Shown: positions 42,657 to 52,763, counted from the stretch's first letter. The stretch: 64,000 nucleotides of DNA from Candidatus Ozemobacteraceae bacterium (GCA_965140445.1 OZ223236.1:3200001-3264000), one strand, 5' to 3'. The notes: generated by a model from the sequence alone, not told the origin. Translations and numbers: made by a program.

Positions 42657-45108
42657 AAATTGGGAAAACTTACGCTCAGCTCTGATTGGATTTGGTGAAA
42701 AATCAATCAGTAAAAGTTATTATCCCGAGTTACAAAGAAAGCTTAAGGAGCTTGAGCGCTTTAAAACCCTACTAGATCATTCCCATGATGGAATATTTCT
42801 GTTCGAGCTCGATAGCTTCTTATTAATTGATGCCAATAATTCAGCTTTGAGTCAAATTGGTCTTTCTAAATTTGAGACTATCGGCAAAGTTTTTCATGAA
42901 ACTGTTAAACTATCAGAAGTAGAAACAATTGTTAGTTTCTTTAAAGAGGTTAATAATCCTCAAAATTCCCTTATTTTGAATTCAGATTTAGAAAACAACC
43001 TGGGAGAAGTTTTTCAAGTTGAGGTTGTGTTACAAAAAGACAAGTTTGAGTCCAATAATTATGGTGTTCTTGTAATTAGAGAAATTGGTGAAAAATTACT
43101 TGTCGAACGATCTTTAAGAGCCCTGGCAAAAGATTTTGTTTCTCTTACTGGAAGAGAATTCTTTAATGCTGTTTGCAGATTCTTAAAGGAACTAACTAAA
43201 GCGGATAACGTTTTCATTGGTGAAAATTTAGAACCACAAGAGAAGGTTAAATTTTTAGGTGGGGCCTTTGAAAAAAATGAGCCAATTTATAATCTATACC
43301 CATTTTCAAACTTTCCTTGTATAAAAACTTTTAAAAAGCAAATGTGTCTTGTTAAAAATTGTGGTAAAAACTTTTTCCCAGAAAATGATATGTTTACCGA
43401 GTTTGATGCAAGAAGCTATTTTTGCGCACCAATTACGGGCAAGTTTAACAAAAAATTGGGTTTTTTAATCATTCTTCATAGCAGTTCCAATAAAGTTTTT
43501 GAGATTGCTGAAATAATTTTTAATATATTTTCAGACCGAATTGCTGCAGAAATAGAGAGAATTAGAGTTGAAAAAGAATTTGAAGAAAGCCAGAGAAAAT
43601 ATAGCCAAATCTTTAATTCCACCTCTGAAGCTATTCTAATTCAAGATTTTCCTAGTTGGAGAATTGTAGAAGTTAATGAAGCAATGCTTAAGCTTTTTAT
43701 CTTAAAAAATGAAGATTTACGTTTAATAGAAGTTAATGACCTTTTCTCAGCCAATCAAAATCATGAAAAATTTACTTCTTTCAAAAAGAAATTTGAAAAA
43801 CATTTAAATTCCACTGGTATTTTTCACTTTGAGTGGGAAATGGTAAAAAAAACGGGTGAAAAATTCTGGGCTGATATATCTTTCAAAAGGATTTTCTTAA
43901 ATAAAACCGATCGTATTTTAACTGTTGTTAGAGATATTTCTTTGAGAAAAAAGTCAGAGGAAAAATTAATTGAAGCTCAAAAGCTTGATTCCATTGGAAA
44001 TCTCGCAGCCGGGGTTGCTCATGATTTTAACAATATGTTAAGTGGTATAATGGGCTTTGCGTCTTTATTAATAGAAGATGAAAAGAATCCCGAGAAAATT
44101 TCTTTTCTAGAGGGTATTTTGGAGTCTTCAAAAAAAGCTGCAGAGCTAACGCAAAAACTGCTGGGTTTTGGACGCAGAGGGAAAAATATTTCTGAACCTT
44201 TAAACCTAAATGAAATTATTGATGAAGTCTCTAATTTGTTTTTAAGAACGGTTGATAAATATGAAGACATAATGTTATTGAAAAATTTATCTGCTGATAT
44301 TCCCACAATTGACGCCGACCCATCACAAATTTCTCAGGTTTTTATGAACTTGCTTGTTAATGCAAAAGAATCTGGGCGGGGCACTGGAGTAAAAATTGAC
44401 ATATCAACTTCTAATGTTACAAAAACCAACTCCTGGAATTCAAAACTTTCTGAACCAATAATAGAAGAATTTGTTGAAGTAGTTGTTCGGGATAATGGAA
44501 ATGGAATTGAGAAAAAAAACTTAAAAAGAGTTTTCGAGCCATTTTACACCACAAAAACTGAAGGTGACATAAAGGGTACTGGACTTGGTTTAGCGATGGT
44601 CTATGGAATTATTAAAGGACATCGAGGGTTCATTGAAATAGAAAGCACAGTGGGAAAAGGAACTATTTTCAGACTTTATTTTCCACCTGGTAAAAAAAAG
44701 CTAATTAATAAAGAAAATTTTTCCAAGAATGTTCCAGGCCAGGGCGGGAATGTACTAGTAGTAGATGATGAGGAATTAATTTTAAAAATGGCCTGTAGGA
44801 TGCTAAAAAAACTTGGTTTTAAAACCTTCGTTGCATCTAATGGACTTATGGCTCTTGAAGTTCTGGAAAAGGAAAATTATGATTTTGAATTCATACTTTT
44901 AGACATGAAGATGCCAACCATGGGTGGTCATGAAACTTTTATAAAAATAAAGGAAAAATGTCCTGATTTGAAGGTTCTTTTATCAACAGGTTATGGAAGA
45001 AATGAAGAAGCACAGGGAATTCTTGATTTAGGAGTTTCTGGTTTGCTTTTGAAACCCTATTCATTAGAACAGCTTTCCGAAAAAATTGATTTAATTTTAA
45101 AAAAATAG
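42634..45108 (+). CDS. Hybrid PAS/GAF histidine kinase-response regulator (ErcS-like)
   Basis: N-terminal LIGFGEKS..KSYYPELQ motif; VAHDFNN H-box; GTGLGL; receiver VVDDE/LLDMKMP; overlaps ercA. Confidence 0.9.
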   Translation: MKRPLENKNWENLRSALIGFGEKSISKSYYPELQRKLKELERFKTLLDHSHDGIFLFELDSFLLIDANNSALSQIGLSKFETIGKVFHETVKLSEVETIVSFFKEVNNPQNSLILNSDLENNLGEVFQVEVVLQKDKFESNNYGVLVIREIGEKLLVERSLRALAKDFVSLTGREFFNAVCRFLKELTKADNVFIGENLEPQEKVKFLGGAFEKNEPIYNLYPFSNFPCIKTFKKQMCLVKNCGKNFFPENDMFTEFDARSYFCAPITGKFNKKLGFLIILHSSSNKVFEIAEIIFNIFSDRIAAEIERIRVEKEFEESQRKYSQIFNSTSEAILIQDFPSWRIVEVNEAMLKLFILKNEDLRLIEVNDLFSANQNHEKFTSFKKKFEKHLNSTGIFHFEWEMVKKTGEKFWADISFKRIFLNKTDRILTVVRDISLRKKSEEKLIEAQKLDSIGNLAAGVAHDFNNMLSGIMGFASLLIEDEKNPEKISFLEGILESSKKAAELTQKLLGFGRRGKNISEPLNLNEIIDEVSNLFLRTVDKYEDIMLLKNLSADIPTIDADPSQISQVFMNLLVNAKESGRGTGVKIDISTSNVTKTNSWNSKLSEPIIEEFVEVVVRDNGNGIEKKNLKRVFEPFYTTKTEGDIKGTGLGLAMVYGIIKGHRGFIEIESTVGKGTIFRLYFPPGKKKLINKENFSKNVPGQGGNVLVVDDEELILKMACRMLKKLGFKTFVASNGLMALEVLEKENYDFEFILLDMKMPTMGGHETFIKIKEKCPDLKVLLSTGYGRNEEAQGILDLGVSGLLLKPYSLEQLSEKIDLILKK

Positions 45109-45136
45109 TTTTAATTTTAAAAAAATAGTTTTAATT
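45091..45136. repeat. 20-bp tandem direct repeat (2.3 copies)
   Basis: TTAATTTTAAAAAAATAGTT twice plus TTAATT, spanning the kinase stop codon. Confidence 0.9.
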
Positions 45137-45181
45137 GAAGATACTATTTCAATTAAAACATTATCCAAAAAGCTCCTAAAG

Positions 45182-45218
45182 AAAAAAAAATCCCAAGCCG
45201 AAGCTTGGGATTTTTTTC
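45182..45218. terminator. Bidirectional intrinsic terminator
   Basis: AAAAAAAAATCCCAAGC-cgaa-GCTTGGGATTTTTTT between convergent genes. Confidence 0.9.
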
Positions 45219-45229
45219 TTTAAACTATA

Positions 45230-46267
45230 TTAGTGAGTTGGACCAGCAACATCATTTTCAAGATCATAATAATCTTCAGCATTGATAATTGCTTTGCCTT
45301 TGCTACCCATTGGGTAAAGACTTCTGATTGTTCCACCAACAGCATACATCTGCCAGCTGAAAGTTTCGCCATTGATGTTGGCATCAAATTTCATAGCACT
45401 TGGAACGCCACCCTGGTTCTTTGCAGCTTGAATGGCAATGTGACCGAGAGCAAGTATTGATTGAACAGAGTTTCCAAGAAGAAATCCACCAATTTTTTTT
45501 CTTCCAGTTGGAAGTGGTCCTGATCCATCTGGATCCCAGGTAAATTTTCCAGTAAAAACATGATTGTCGTCATGACCAGAAATTGAAGATTGAGCTTCTG
45601 CGTTTCCAGATCTTTCATCTTTATAAAATCTGAACCACCAATGATAACCGCTAACTTTACTTCCTTTAAGTTCTCCTGCGATTACATGTTCGAAACCAAG
45701 GCCAGAACCGAACCAATTATGTTTCAAATCCTGAATAGTTGTGTTGGTTACTTTTAATGCATGCTGAATTGTTGGATCATTTTCAATTGAAGCAAGGAAA
45801 GCATCAATATCATCGTCTAATTTCTTATGATCGTTTGTTCCAGATTTAGGATTAAATTTTTTGCAAAGAGCAAATGCATTTTTGTAGCTTTGTGGAATTT
45901 CTGTTTCGATGTCTTTAATTAAAAGAACTTCTTTAAATCCGTTAGTTTTTTCAACTTTGATAAAATCTTTATCAAGTTTGTCTAATCCTTTAGTATTCAT
46001 TTCAATTTCCTGTTGAATACCACGGATCAGGTCTCGGTTTACATAACCTGGATTTGCTTTGGAAGCACTTTTTTCAGCGGTCGCAATAGCTTGTTTTAAA
46101 TCATATGAATCTTGAATTAAACCGATTGAAATAGATTTTTCAAGATAACTTTTCAGTTGGGGGTTTTTAACGTTTTCAAGTTGGGCACTTAAATCCTGAC
46201 CTGAAAATGCTGAGGAAGAAAATGCAAAAAGAAATGCCATAGATAAAGAAATTACTGCTCGTCTCAT
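45230..46267 (-). CDS. Exported EndoU/XendoU-family endoribonuclease-like protein
   Basis: Signal peptide; GFEHVIAGELK...VSGYHWW.RFY..E and KKIGGFLLGNS resemble the XendoU His-His-Lys motifs. Confidence 0.7.
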   Translation of the reverse strand: MRRAVISLSMAFLFAFSSSAFSGQDLSAQLENVKNPQLKSYLEKSISIGLIQDSYDLKQAIATAEKSASKANPGYVNRDLIRGIQQEIEMNTKGLDKLDKDFIKVEKTNGFKEVLLIKDIETEIPQSYKNAFALCKKFNPKSGTNDHKKLDDDIDAFLASIENDPTIQHALKVTNTTIQDLKHNWFGSGLGFEHVIAGELKGSKVSGYHWWFRFYKDERSGNAEAQSSISGHDDNHVFTGKFTWDPDGSGPLPTGRKKIGGFLLGNSVQSILALGHIAIQAAKNQGGVPSAMKFDANINGETFSWQMYAVGGTIRSLYPMGSKGKAIINAEDYYDLENDVAGPTH

Positions 46268-46409
46268 TCGCTACTCCTTAATTTTTACTCATTACAACTT
46301 ATCGAGCTAAGAAAATTTAATACAATACTTATATACTTACTTAATACGTTCTATGAGTTTAACATAAATTAAAGAATTTGCAAATACCTCGGTACAATTA
46401 TTTTATTTT

Positions 46410-47861
46410 TTACGTTTTTTTTAAGCATCCTAGCCAAAAATTAGTATATAAAGTCGGCCAGGAGCTTAAAAGCTCCAAGATTTGTGCATTGGAAAGATGA
46501 GTACCCCATTCTTTACTGAAAGGGTCGGAGAATGCTCTGAAAGGCCATTCCGAAATTAGTTTTTCGAATCCAGTTTTTAAAAGAATTTTATCTGTAGAAA
46601 TCTCAGGGTAGATTTCTTTAATTACAGACAAAATAGAAAACAAGGATTTTCTGAAAAGAGCAAAGTTCCCATTTAAGCTTAATCTTCCATTTTCTAATGC
46701 ATCATCCAGAAGTCCAAGAAGCCAATCAAAGCTTGGAAATTTATGACCAGATAGGGCACAAATTGATCTCTCAACAACACTGTTTATCTCGTTTTTTACG
46801 CCTCTATATTTACCAATCTTTTTGAGGGCACGGACAAGTCTGTGTTTGTCCTTTTTTAATCCAGCGAACATTATTTCAATAAAAAGTTCTCTTTCTTTTC
46901 TGTTTAGAGCTACTGTTAGACTCCAATCCAAGGGTACTATTTTTCCATCTTTATCAACTAAGAGATTCCCGGCATGAGGATCACCGTGGAAAATTGTTTT
47001 TTCTTTATTTTGCCAAAAAGGAGCTGCAATCAAAGAGTTAAAAATTCTTTCAGCGATTTCCCTTCTAATGTCAATTGGAGCTTTTAATAAATCTCCAACA
47101 CATAAACCTTCTATCCTCTCCATAGAGGTTACCTTGTCTGTACACCATGGTAAGAGATGGGGCACCCTTGCTTGTCTGGAATCAAGATAATTATTTGACA
47201 TTATTTTCAAATTTTCCTGCTCTACTCTTAAATTTACTTCCTGGGCAACCATTTGTGCTGTTTCATTTAGAGGGTCAGAAAATTCCAGAACGGGCAGTTT
47301 TTTTTCCTTACAAATTGATTTTAAAGCATCCCCAAGATTGGGCCATAGTTCTAATTCTTCTTCAAGGAAATCACGAGCTTCGGGTTTAATTACCTTAAAT
47401 ACCCCTTCAACCATTTCCTCATTTTGCTCAATTCTTTTAAAAGGAATGACAATTGCAACACTAGCTTCTGCAATAGGGTTTTCTTCAAACAAAAACTGTG
47501 AAACATCTATTCCTGAATTACTTAGAATAGAAACAGTATCATCACGTGAAAACTTTGAGGGCATTGTTTCGAGTTCTTTTAAGCTATTTCGCAGCTCTTC
47601 ATTCAATCTACTGTCCCTGGCCAAAACTTGACCAAGCTTGTGCAAGGTTGGACAAGATTGCATAATCTTCTCAAGGCGTTCAGAGGTTGTAGCAAATGGA
47701 CCCATTGAAACCTGGGTGTTAAAAATTTGAGTTTGCCTATCCATGTTCAGGTTAGACAAAAACCAGGCTAGTCCATCTATAACAAGCGGAACAAATCTTT
47801 CATAGCAAACTGGAATAAGCGTTTTAAAATTTAAACGCTCGATAAGGGCATACCAATCCAT
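46410..47861 (-). CDS. ABC1/UbiB/AarF family atypical kinase
   Basis: PTLHKLGQVL, PIAEASVA, VFKVIKP, FHGDPHAGNL, LDW. Alternative GTG start at 47918. Confidence 0.88.
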   Translation of the reverse strand: MDWYALIERLNFKTLIPVCYERFVPLVIDGLAWFLSNLNMDRQTQIFNTQVSMGPFATTSERLEKIMQSCPTLHKLGQVLARDSRLNEELRNSLKELETMPSKFSRDDTVSILSNSGIDVSQFLFEENPIAEASVAIVIPFKRIEQNEEMVEGVFKVIKPEARDFLEEELELWPNLGDALKSICKEKKLPVLEFSDPLNETAQMVAQEVNLRVEQENLKIMSNNYLDSRQARVPHLLPWCTDKVTSMERIEGLCVGDLLKAPIDIRREIAERIFNSLIAAPFWQNKEKTIFHGDPHAGNLLVDKDGKIVPLDWSLTVALNRKERELFIEIMFAGLKKDKHRLVRALKKIGKYRGVKNEINSVVERSICALSGHKFPSFDWLLGLLDDALENGRLSLNGNFALFRKSLFSILSVIKEIYPEISTDKILLKTGFEKLISEWPFRAFSDPFSKEWGTHLSNAQILELLSSWPTLYTNFWLGCLKKT

Positions 47862-48094
47862 AATTTTTAGAAATCCTTCCTGGCCGTAAAGATTTCCGGT
47901 GCCTGAAATTTTATACACTATTTTAGTATAAGAGACAATTAGTTTAACTTTTTACTTTTCGAAAGATCCTTCAAAATGTAATTTATATATACAAATAAAC
48001 TCAGAGAGAAGTAAAATGCTTATCTAACTAATTAAAGAGTTTGGGATTTATAAACCAAAATAGTGACATAAATTTTAAGTAAGGATCGGAACTT

Positions 48095-49066
48095 ATGAAC
48101 CAATTTAAATCGATAGTATTGTTGATCACAGCCTTTGCGTTAATCTGTAATTTTGGTTTCTGCAAAACTATTGTCATTGCCCACAGAGGAGCTTCAGGCT
48201 ACTTGCCGGAACACACACTGGAAGCAAAGGCTCTGGCGTATGGTATGAACCCGGATTTTATTGAGCAAGACGTGGTTCTTACCAAAGATAATGTCCCCAT
48301 AATTGTCCATGATATTCATCTGGATACGATTTCAGATGTAGCTAAGAAATTTCCTGAATCAAAGAGAGAAGACGGACGTTTTTATGCTATTGACTTAAAC
48401 TTAGCTGAAATTAAACAACTTCGAGTTAATGAAAGAATTAATATTACTTCTGGAGAAGCTGTTTTCCCTAACCGGTTCCCACTTTATAAATCCGCCTTTC
48501 AAATACCGACTCTCCAGGAAGAGATCGAATTGATTCAAGGTTTAAATAAAAGCACTGGTAAAGATATTGGAATTTATACTGAGATTAAAGAGCCAGCCTG
48601 GCACCTGAAAGAGGGAAAAGATATTACTAAAATTACTTTAGAGGTATTAAGCTCTTATGGTTATAAATCCAAAGATTCCAACTGTTTTTTGCAATGTTTT
48701 GATGAAAAAGAAGTTAAGAGGATTAAACAGGAGTTAAAATCCGATTTACCTCTGGTTTTGCTTATGGAGGAACCTTTAAAATTGGAGTCATACAAAGGCA
48801 TTATTGATGGAATTGGGCCATCCATTTCGCATTTAGTTAAGGCTGACCAGGAAAAAGGGATTATTTCTACCGGGTATGCAGAAAAAGCGCACCAGCTTGG
48901 TTTTGTGGTTCATCCCTGGACACTAAGGGCGGATAGTTTACCTAAAGATCTTTCTTATAATTTTCTTGCCAGGTTTTTGATTGAACAGGTTAAGGTTGAC
49001 GGCATTTTTACGGATTTTCCTGATAAACTTGTTGAAATCGTTAATGAGAATAAATCGCAAGAATAA
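48095..49066 (+). CDS. glpQ: Glycerophosphodiester phosphodiesterase
   Basis: IAHRGASGYLPEHTLEAKA, IEQDVVLTKD, VHPWT.R.D, DGIFTDFPD. Confidence 0.95.
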   Translation: MNQFKSIVLLITAFALICNFGFCKTIVIAHRGASGYLPEHTLEAKALAYGMNPDFIEQDVVLTKDNVPIIVHDIHLDTISDVAKKFPESKREDGRFYAIDLNLAEIKQLRVNERINITSGEAVFPNRFPLYKSAFQIPTLQEEIELIQGLNKSTGKDIGIYTEIKEPAWHLKEGKDITKITLEVLSSYGYKSKDSNCFLQCFDEKEVKRIKQELKSDLPLVLLMEEPLKLESYKGIIDGIGPSISHLVKADQEKGIISTGYAEKAHQLGFVVHPWTLRADSLPKDLSYNFLARFLIEQVKVDGIFTDFPDKLVEIVNENKSQE

Positions 49067-49148
49067 ATCATATAGTCTAATTATGGTATTCTATTGGTGA
49101 AAAACATAAAATGTATTATTATCTAAATAGATTAATTTGGGATGGATT

Positions 49149-49670
49149 ATGAAAGATCAGAAAAGAAAATATAAATTTTCTTGGGATTTAATTGGAGATA
49201 TTGCGGATGGAAGAGGTAATCTGGGCGAGTTGACCAGGGTTGAAAATTATCGGTTACTTCAATTTACGTTTAGAGATGTTCTTGAAGAAGAATTTGGGAC
49301 AGAAGTCGCAGATAGGATCTTTTATAAATCTGGCTTAAAAGCTGGAAAGGCTTTGTATGAAAAGTTTTTATCATCAGCAAAAGATGTCCCGGATTTATTA
49401 AACCTGTTAAAAAACACCTTGTTAGATTTAAAAGTCGGAGTCTTAAGAGTAGAAGAATTTTTTGAAGAATCCATGAATCTAACCATCACTGTTGCCGAAG
49501 ATTTAGATTGTTCTGGTCTTCCAGAGTTAGATTATGAACTATGTGTATATGATGAAGGTTTCCTGGCAGGCATTTTTGAATCCTTTAATGGAAAGGAATT
49601 TGAAGCAAAAGAGATAGATTGCTGGTGCACTGGCGGCAGAATTTGCAGATTTAAAATCAATCCAAAATGA
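49149..49670 (+). CDS. V4R (4-vinyl reductase) domain protein
   Basis: EDLDCSGLP...CVYDEGFLAG...EIDCWCTG...CRF. Confidence 0.9.
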   Translation: MKDQKRKYKFSWDLIGDIADGRGNLGELTRVENYRLLQFTFRDVLEEEFGTEVADRIFYKSGLKAGKALYEKFLSSAKDVPDLLNLLKNTLLDLKVGVLRVEEFFEESMNLTITVAEDLDCSGLPELDYELCVYDEGFLAGIFESFNGKEFEAKEIDCWCTGGRICRFKINPK

Positions 49671-50800
49671 CAGAATTTGATCAAAACTCGGAAAAGCTTT
49701 TAAAAGCTTTTCTTCAAGACCTTCTTAGTGGAGCTGTAGACGTAAAGGTTCCAGAGGGGGTGCCTTGCCAAACAGAGCTTAGGCGACTAAAAGCAATGCT
49801 ATCAGAAATTAAGGTTTTTTCGACCATGCTTTCTGAGGGGGAGTTAAATGCATCCCTAACCTTTAAAGGGCAAATAGCAGGAAGTTTAAAATCTCTTCAG
49901 GCCAGTCTTAAACATTTGGCCTGGCAAACTAGAATGATTGCCGACGGCGATCTTGATCAAAGAATTGATTTTCTGGGGGAGTTTTCAACCTCATTTAATA
50001 AAATGGTTGTAAAACTAAAAGAAGCACGGGAAGGGCTTGAAGAGAAAAATCTTTCTCTCCAACGGCTTTGGGGAGACCTACAGCATGATTTGATGCTCGC
50101 TGCAGAAGCTCAGCAATCTACAATGAATTTTATCAGCGATTTATCATTTATTAAGTCCTACAGAGATTTTATGCCTTTAGAAGTAGTCTCTGGTGATTTC
50201 TATGACGAGTTTTTAGATCCGCTTGGCAATCTAAATATTTTTATTGGAGATGCTACTGGCCATGGAACTTCGGCAGCCTTAATTACCATGATGGTAAAAA
50301 TGGCAATTAGTTATTTGCCTTACGAGCTTTCCACTAGCGAAACATTAAGTAGATTAAATTCGCAGTTCTCTAACTGTTTTCCGGAAGGGCGTTTTGTTTC
50401 TGGTATTTTTTGCAAAGTAAGTCCTAATGGACTTTTAAAAGCTTCCAACGCAGGTCATCCACCTTTATTACTTTTGCCAGCTGATAAAGAGGATTTTGAA
50501 ATATTTTCCGGAACAGGTCTTGCCCTTGGCATGTTTGAAGAAGAGTTTGAAGAATATACGGAGCTCACTTACCAAATGAAGCAGGGAGATCGATTTTTTC
50601 TATTAACCGATGGTATTACAGAATGTCAGACAGAAAGAGGATTTTTTGGACTTGAAGGTGTTAAAAGGTTTTTGTTGAGAGATAGAAAACTTCCCCTGGA
50701 AGATAATGTTAATAGCATGATGAAATTTTTGAGCAAATATAGCTTTGATGATGATATTACAATTTTGGGTTATGAATTTACCGAAACAAAAGAAAAGTAG
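49667..50800 (+). CDS. HAMP + PP2C/SpoIIE-type protein phosphatase
   Basis: IADGDLDQRIDFLGEFS.SFN; VSGDFYD, IGDATGHG, NAGHPP, LTDGITE, DDIT. Confidence 0.92.
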   Translation: MTEFDQNSEKLLKAFLQDLLSGAVDVKVPEGVPCQTELRRLKAMLSEIKVFSTMLSEGELNASLTFKGQIAGSLKSLQASLKHLAWQTRMIADGDLDQRIDFLGEFSTSFNKMVVKLKEAREGLEEKNLSLQRLWGDLQHDLMLAAEAQQSTMNFISDLSFIKSYRDFMPLEVVSGDFYDEFLDPLGNLNIFIGDATGHGTSAALITMMVKMAISYLPYELSTSETLSRLNSQFSNCFPEGRFVSGIFCKVSPNGLLKASNAGHPPLLLLPADKEDFEIFSGTGLALGMFEEEFEEYTELTYQMKQGDRFFLLTDGITECQTERGFFGLEGVKRFLLRDRKLPLEDNVNSMMKFLSKYSFDDDITILGYEFTETKEK

Positions 50801-51056
50801 CCTTTTGTTAAAATTTTGTTGATTTTTTCTGATGCCGCACCGCACAAGTAATAGTGCGCCAATATTAAAAATTTCGTGATTTTTAATAAAGTAAATCTGG
50901 TAAAACACCTTGAATTATTACTATATTAGATAGTCTTGAGCTTGAGATTAGAGAACCTTAAAAAATAGAATGGCAGAATTTTGACAAAATGCTGCGTCGC
51001 GGAAATTTGTGCTTGATTTTTAGAAAAATACATCTTAGCATTGTGTAGATGTTTTA

Positions 51057-51446
51057 ATGGGGAAGTATGCGATGAGTGAATCTATTAATGAATTTTTAGT
51101 GCGCTATGAAAAAGCCTTCAGAACCCAAAACTGGGATGAAGTTAAAGGCTTTTTCCATGATGAATGCACAATGATCTTTAGTGATGGAACCTATAAGGGA
51201 ATCAATGAAGTAGAAAAAGTAATTAAAAAGATTTTTTCTTTAATAAAAAAACAAACCTATGAGGTTAAAGATTTATATTGGACTTTTAACACCGATAAAA
51301 TGGCCAGTTGCGTATATACATTTTCCTGGTCAGGGGAAGTATTTGGGGCTAAGGCTGTAGGAGCAGGTCGAGGTACAAATTTATTTGTAAAAGAAAACGG
51401 GCAATGGAAAATAGTCAATGAACATTTAGGCCCACTCCCACGTTAA
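51057..51446 (+). CDS. NTF2-like/SnoaL-like protein
   Basis: Small alpha/beta protein ending GRGTNLF...WKIVNEH; start may be 51072. Confidence 0.8.
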   Translation: MGKYAMSESINEFLVRYEKAFRTQNWDEVKGFFHDECTMIFSDGTYKGINEVEKVIKKIFSLIKKQTYEVKDLYWTFNTDKMASCVYTFSWSGEVFGAKAVGAGRGTNLFVKENGQWKIVNEHLGPLPR

Positions 51447-51552
51447 ATCCAAAACTTAAAGCAAGAAAGCAAGAGAGAATATTACTTAGTAATATTCTCT
51501 CTTGCTTTTTCCTATATCCGAAGTAAATTTCATAAAAAAAAGGAGGAAAACA

Positions 51553-52032
51553 ATGAAGAGCTTTTCAATTTTTCTGATTGGTTTGTTTATGGGATTTATT
51601 ATTACTGGTGGAATTATATTTATAAAAATGCCCAGCTTAATGCTTACTGAAAGAGTAAGCCCTTTGGAAATAAACGAAACTGTAGAAAAGATAAAAGAGA
51701 ACGCTATAAAAGAAGGGTGGGTTGTTGCTGGAGTCAGCAAGATGCATGAGTCGGTGAAAAAGCACGGAGGCCATGATCTTTCTGAGGTATATCTGGTAAA
51801 TCTTTGCCAGGCTGACCACGCTTATAAAATTCTAAGTAAGGATGAAAATAAAATTGTTTCGGTAATGATGCCATGCACAATTAGTGTTTATAAGAAATCT
51901 GATGGAAAAACTTACGTTGGCTCTATGAATGCTGGTTTGTTAGGTAAAGCATTTGGAGGGGTGGTTGCTGAGGTTATGGGAAACACTGTAGCTGAACAGC
52001 AATTGAAATTTTTGGAATTTACCCACAACTAA
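51553..52032 (+). CDS. DUF302 domain protein
   Basis: LC...A..IL...MMPCTISVY...GKTYV; AGGAGG RBS precedes ATG 51553. Confidence 0.85.
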   Translation: MKSFSIFLIGLFMGFIITGGIIFIKMPSLMLTERVSPLEINETVEKIKENAIKEGWVVAGVSKMHESVKKHGGHDLSEVYLVNLCQADHAYKILSKDENKIVSVMMPCTISVYKKSDGKTYVGSMNAGLLGKAFGGVVAEVMGNTVAEQQLKFLEFTHN

Positions 52033-52037
52033 AAATA

Positions 52038-52072
52038 TGCCTCAAAAGCTACCGCTTTTGAGGCACTTTTTT
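52038..52072. terminator. Intrinsic terminator between convergent genes
   Basis: TGCCTCAAAAGC-tacc-GCTTTTGAGGCA followed by a T run. Confidence 0.85.
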
Positions 52073-52074
52073 AA

Positions 52075-52698
52075 TTAAGGAATGTAATTTACATATAGTT
52101 CCAGATCTAAAGATTCTTTTGGATGTGGCTGGCTATCTGGATGCCCAACTGCAACAAGAGTCTGCAATGTCATTTCTTTCTGGCCAAGGATTGATTCCAA
52201 TTCATTTTTTGCAACCAATGCTCCTGAAACCCAACATGTCCCAAGACCTTCTTCTGTAGCTGCGAGAAGCATGTTTTGAACCATTGCTCCTGTAGCCTGC
52301 AGTTCAGGGTGTCTACGCCAATTTGAAATTTGCTCATGAGAGAAATCTGAGTCTTTGAGCAAATCAAAAATTGGTGCGGAATAATCTTTTGTAGAAATTG
52401 CCAATACAACAGGAGCATTTGCAAAAATTGTTGAAAACAGCTTAATTTTTTCTAGGGTAGATTGCTGTTCTGGCTTTATTTTTGGAAACATCATGTCCAA
52501 TTTTTCAGCGACCACACCCTTCATTTTTTGAATAATTTCACCATTGGTAATAACTGAAATATTCCAGGGAACAGAATTGTTTGGACTTGGTGCCGCCAAT
52601 CCAGCTTTAAGAATTTTTTCAAGTGTAGCTTGACGCACAGGTTCCGGGGTAAATCTTCTAACTGTTCTTCGGGCATAGATTAGTTCAGAAAAATCCAT
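52075..52698 (-). CDS. Nitroreductase family protein
   Basis: RRTVRRF, APSPNNSVPW, QNMLLAA...GLGTCW, VGHP; GGAGG RBS. Confidence 0.92.
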   Translation of the reverse strand: MDFSELIYARRTVRRFTPEPVRQATLEKILKAGLAAPSPNNSVPWNISVITNGEIIQKMKGVVAEKLDMMFPKIKPEQQSTLEKIKLFSTIFANAPVVLAISTKDYSAPIFDLLKDSDFSHEQISNWRRHPELQATGAMVQNMLLAATEEGLGTCWVSGALVAKNELESILGQKEMTLQTLVAVGHPDSQPHPKESLDLELYVNYIP

Positions 52699-52763
52699 TT
52701 GATCCTCCAAATTTTAATTCAATTTATACTATATTCAAAAATGAATTTGAGGCAATTGAAATC

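Noticed and set aside
50801..51056. Possible riboswitch or ncRNA in the intergenic region with GC-rich patches
   Set aside because: Only short imperfect hairpins and no aptamer consensus that I recognise. An Rfam/Infernal scan would be needed to exclude it.
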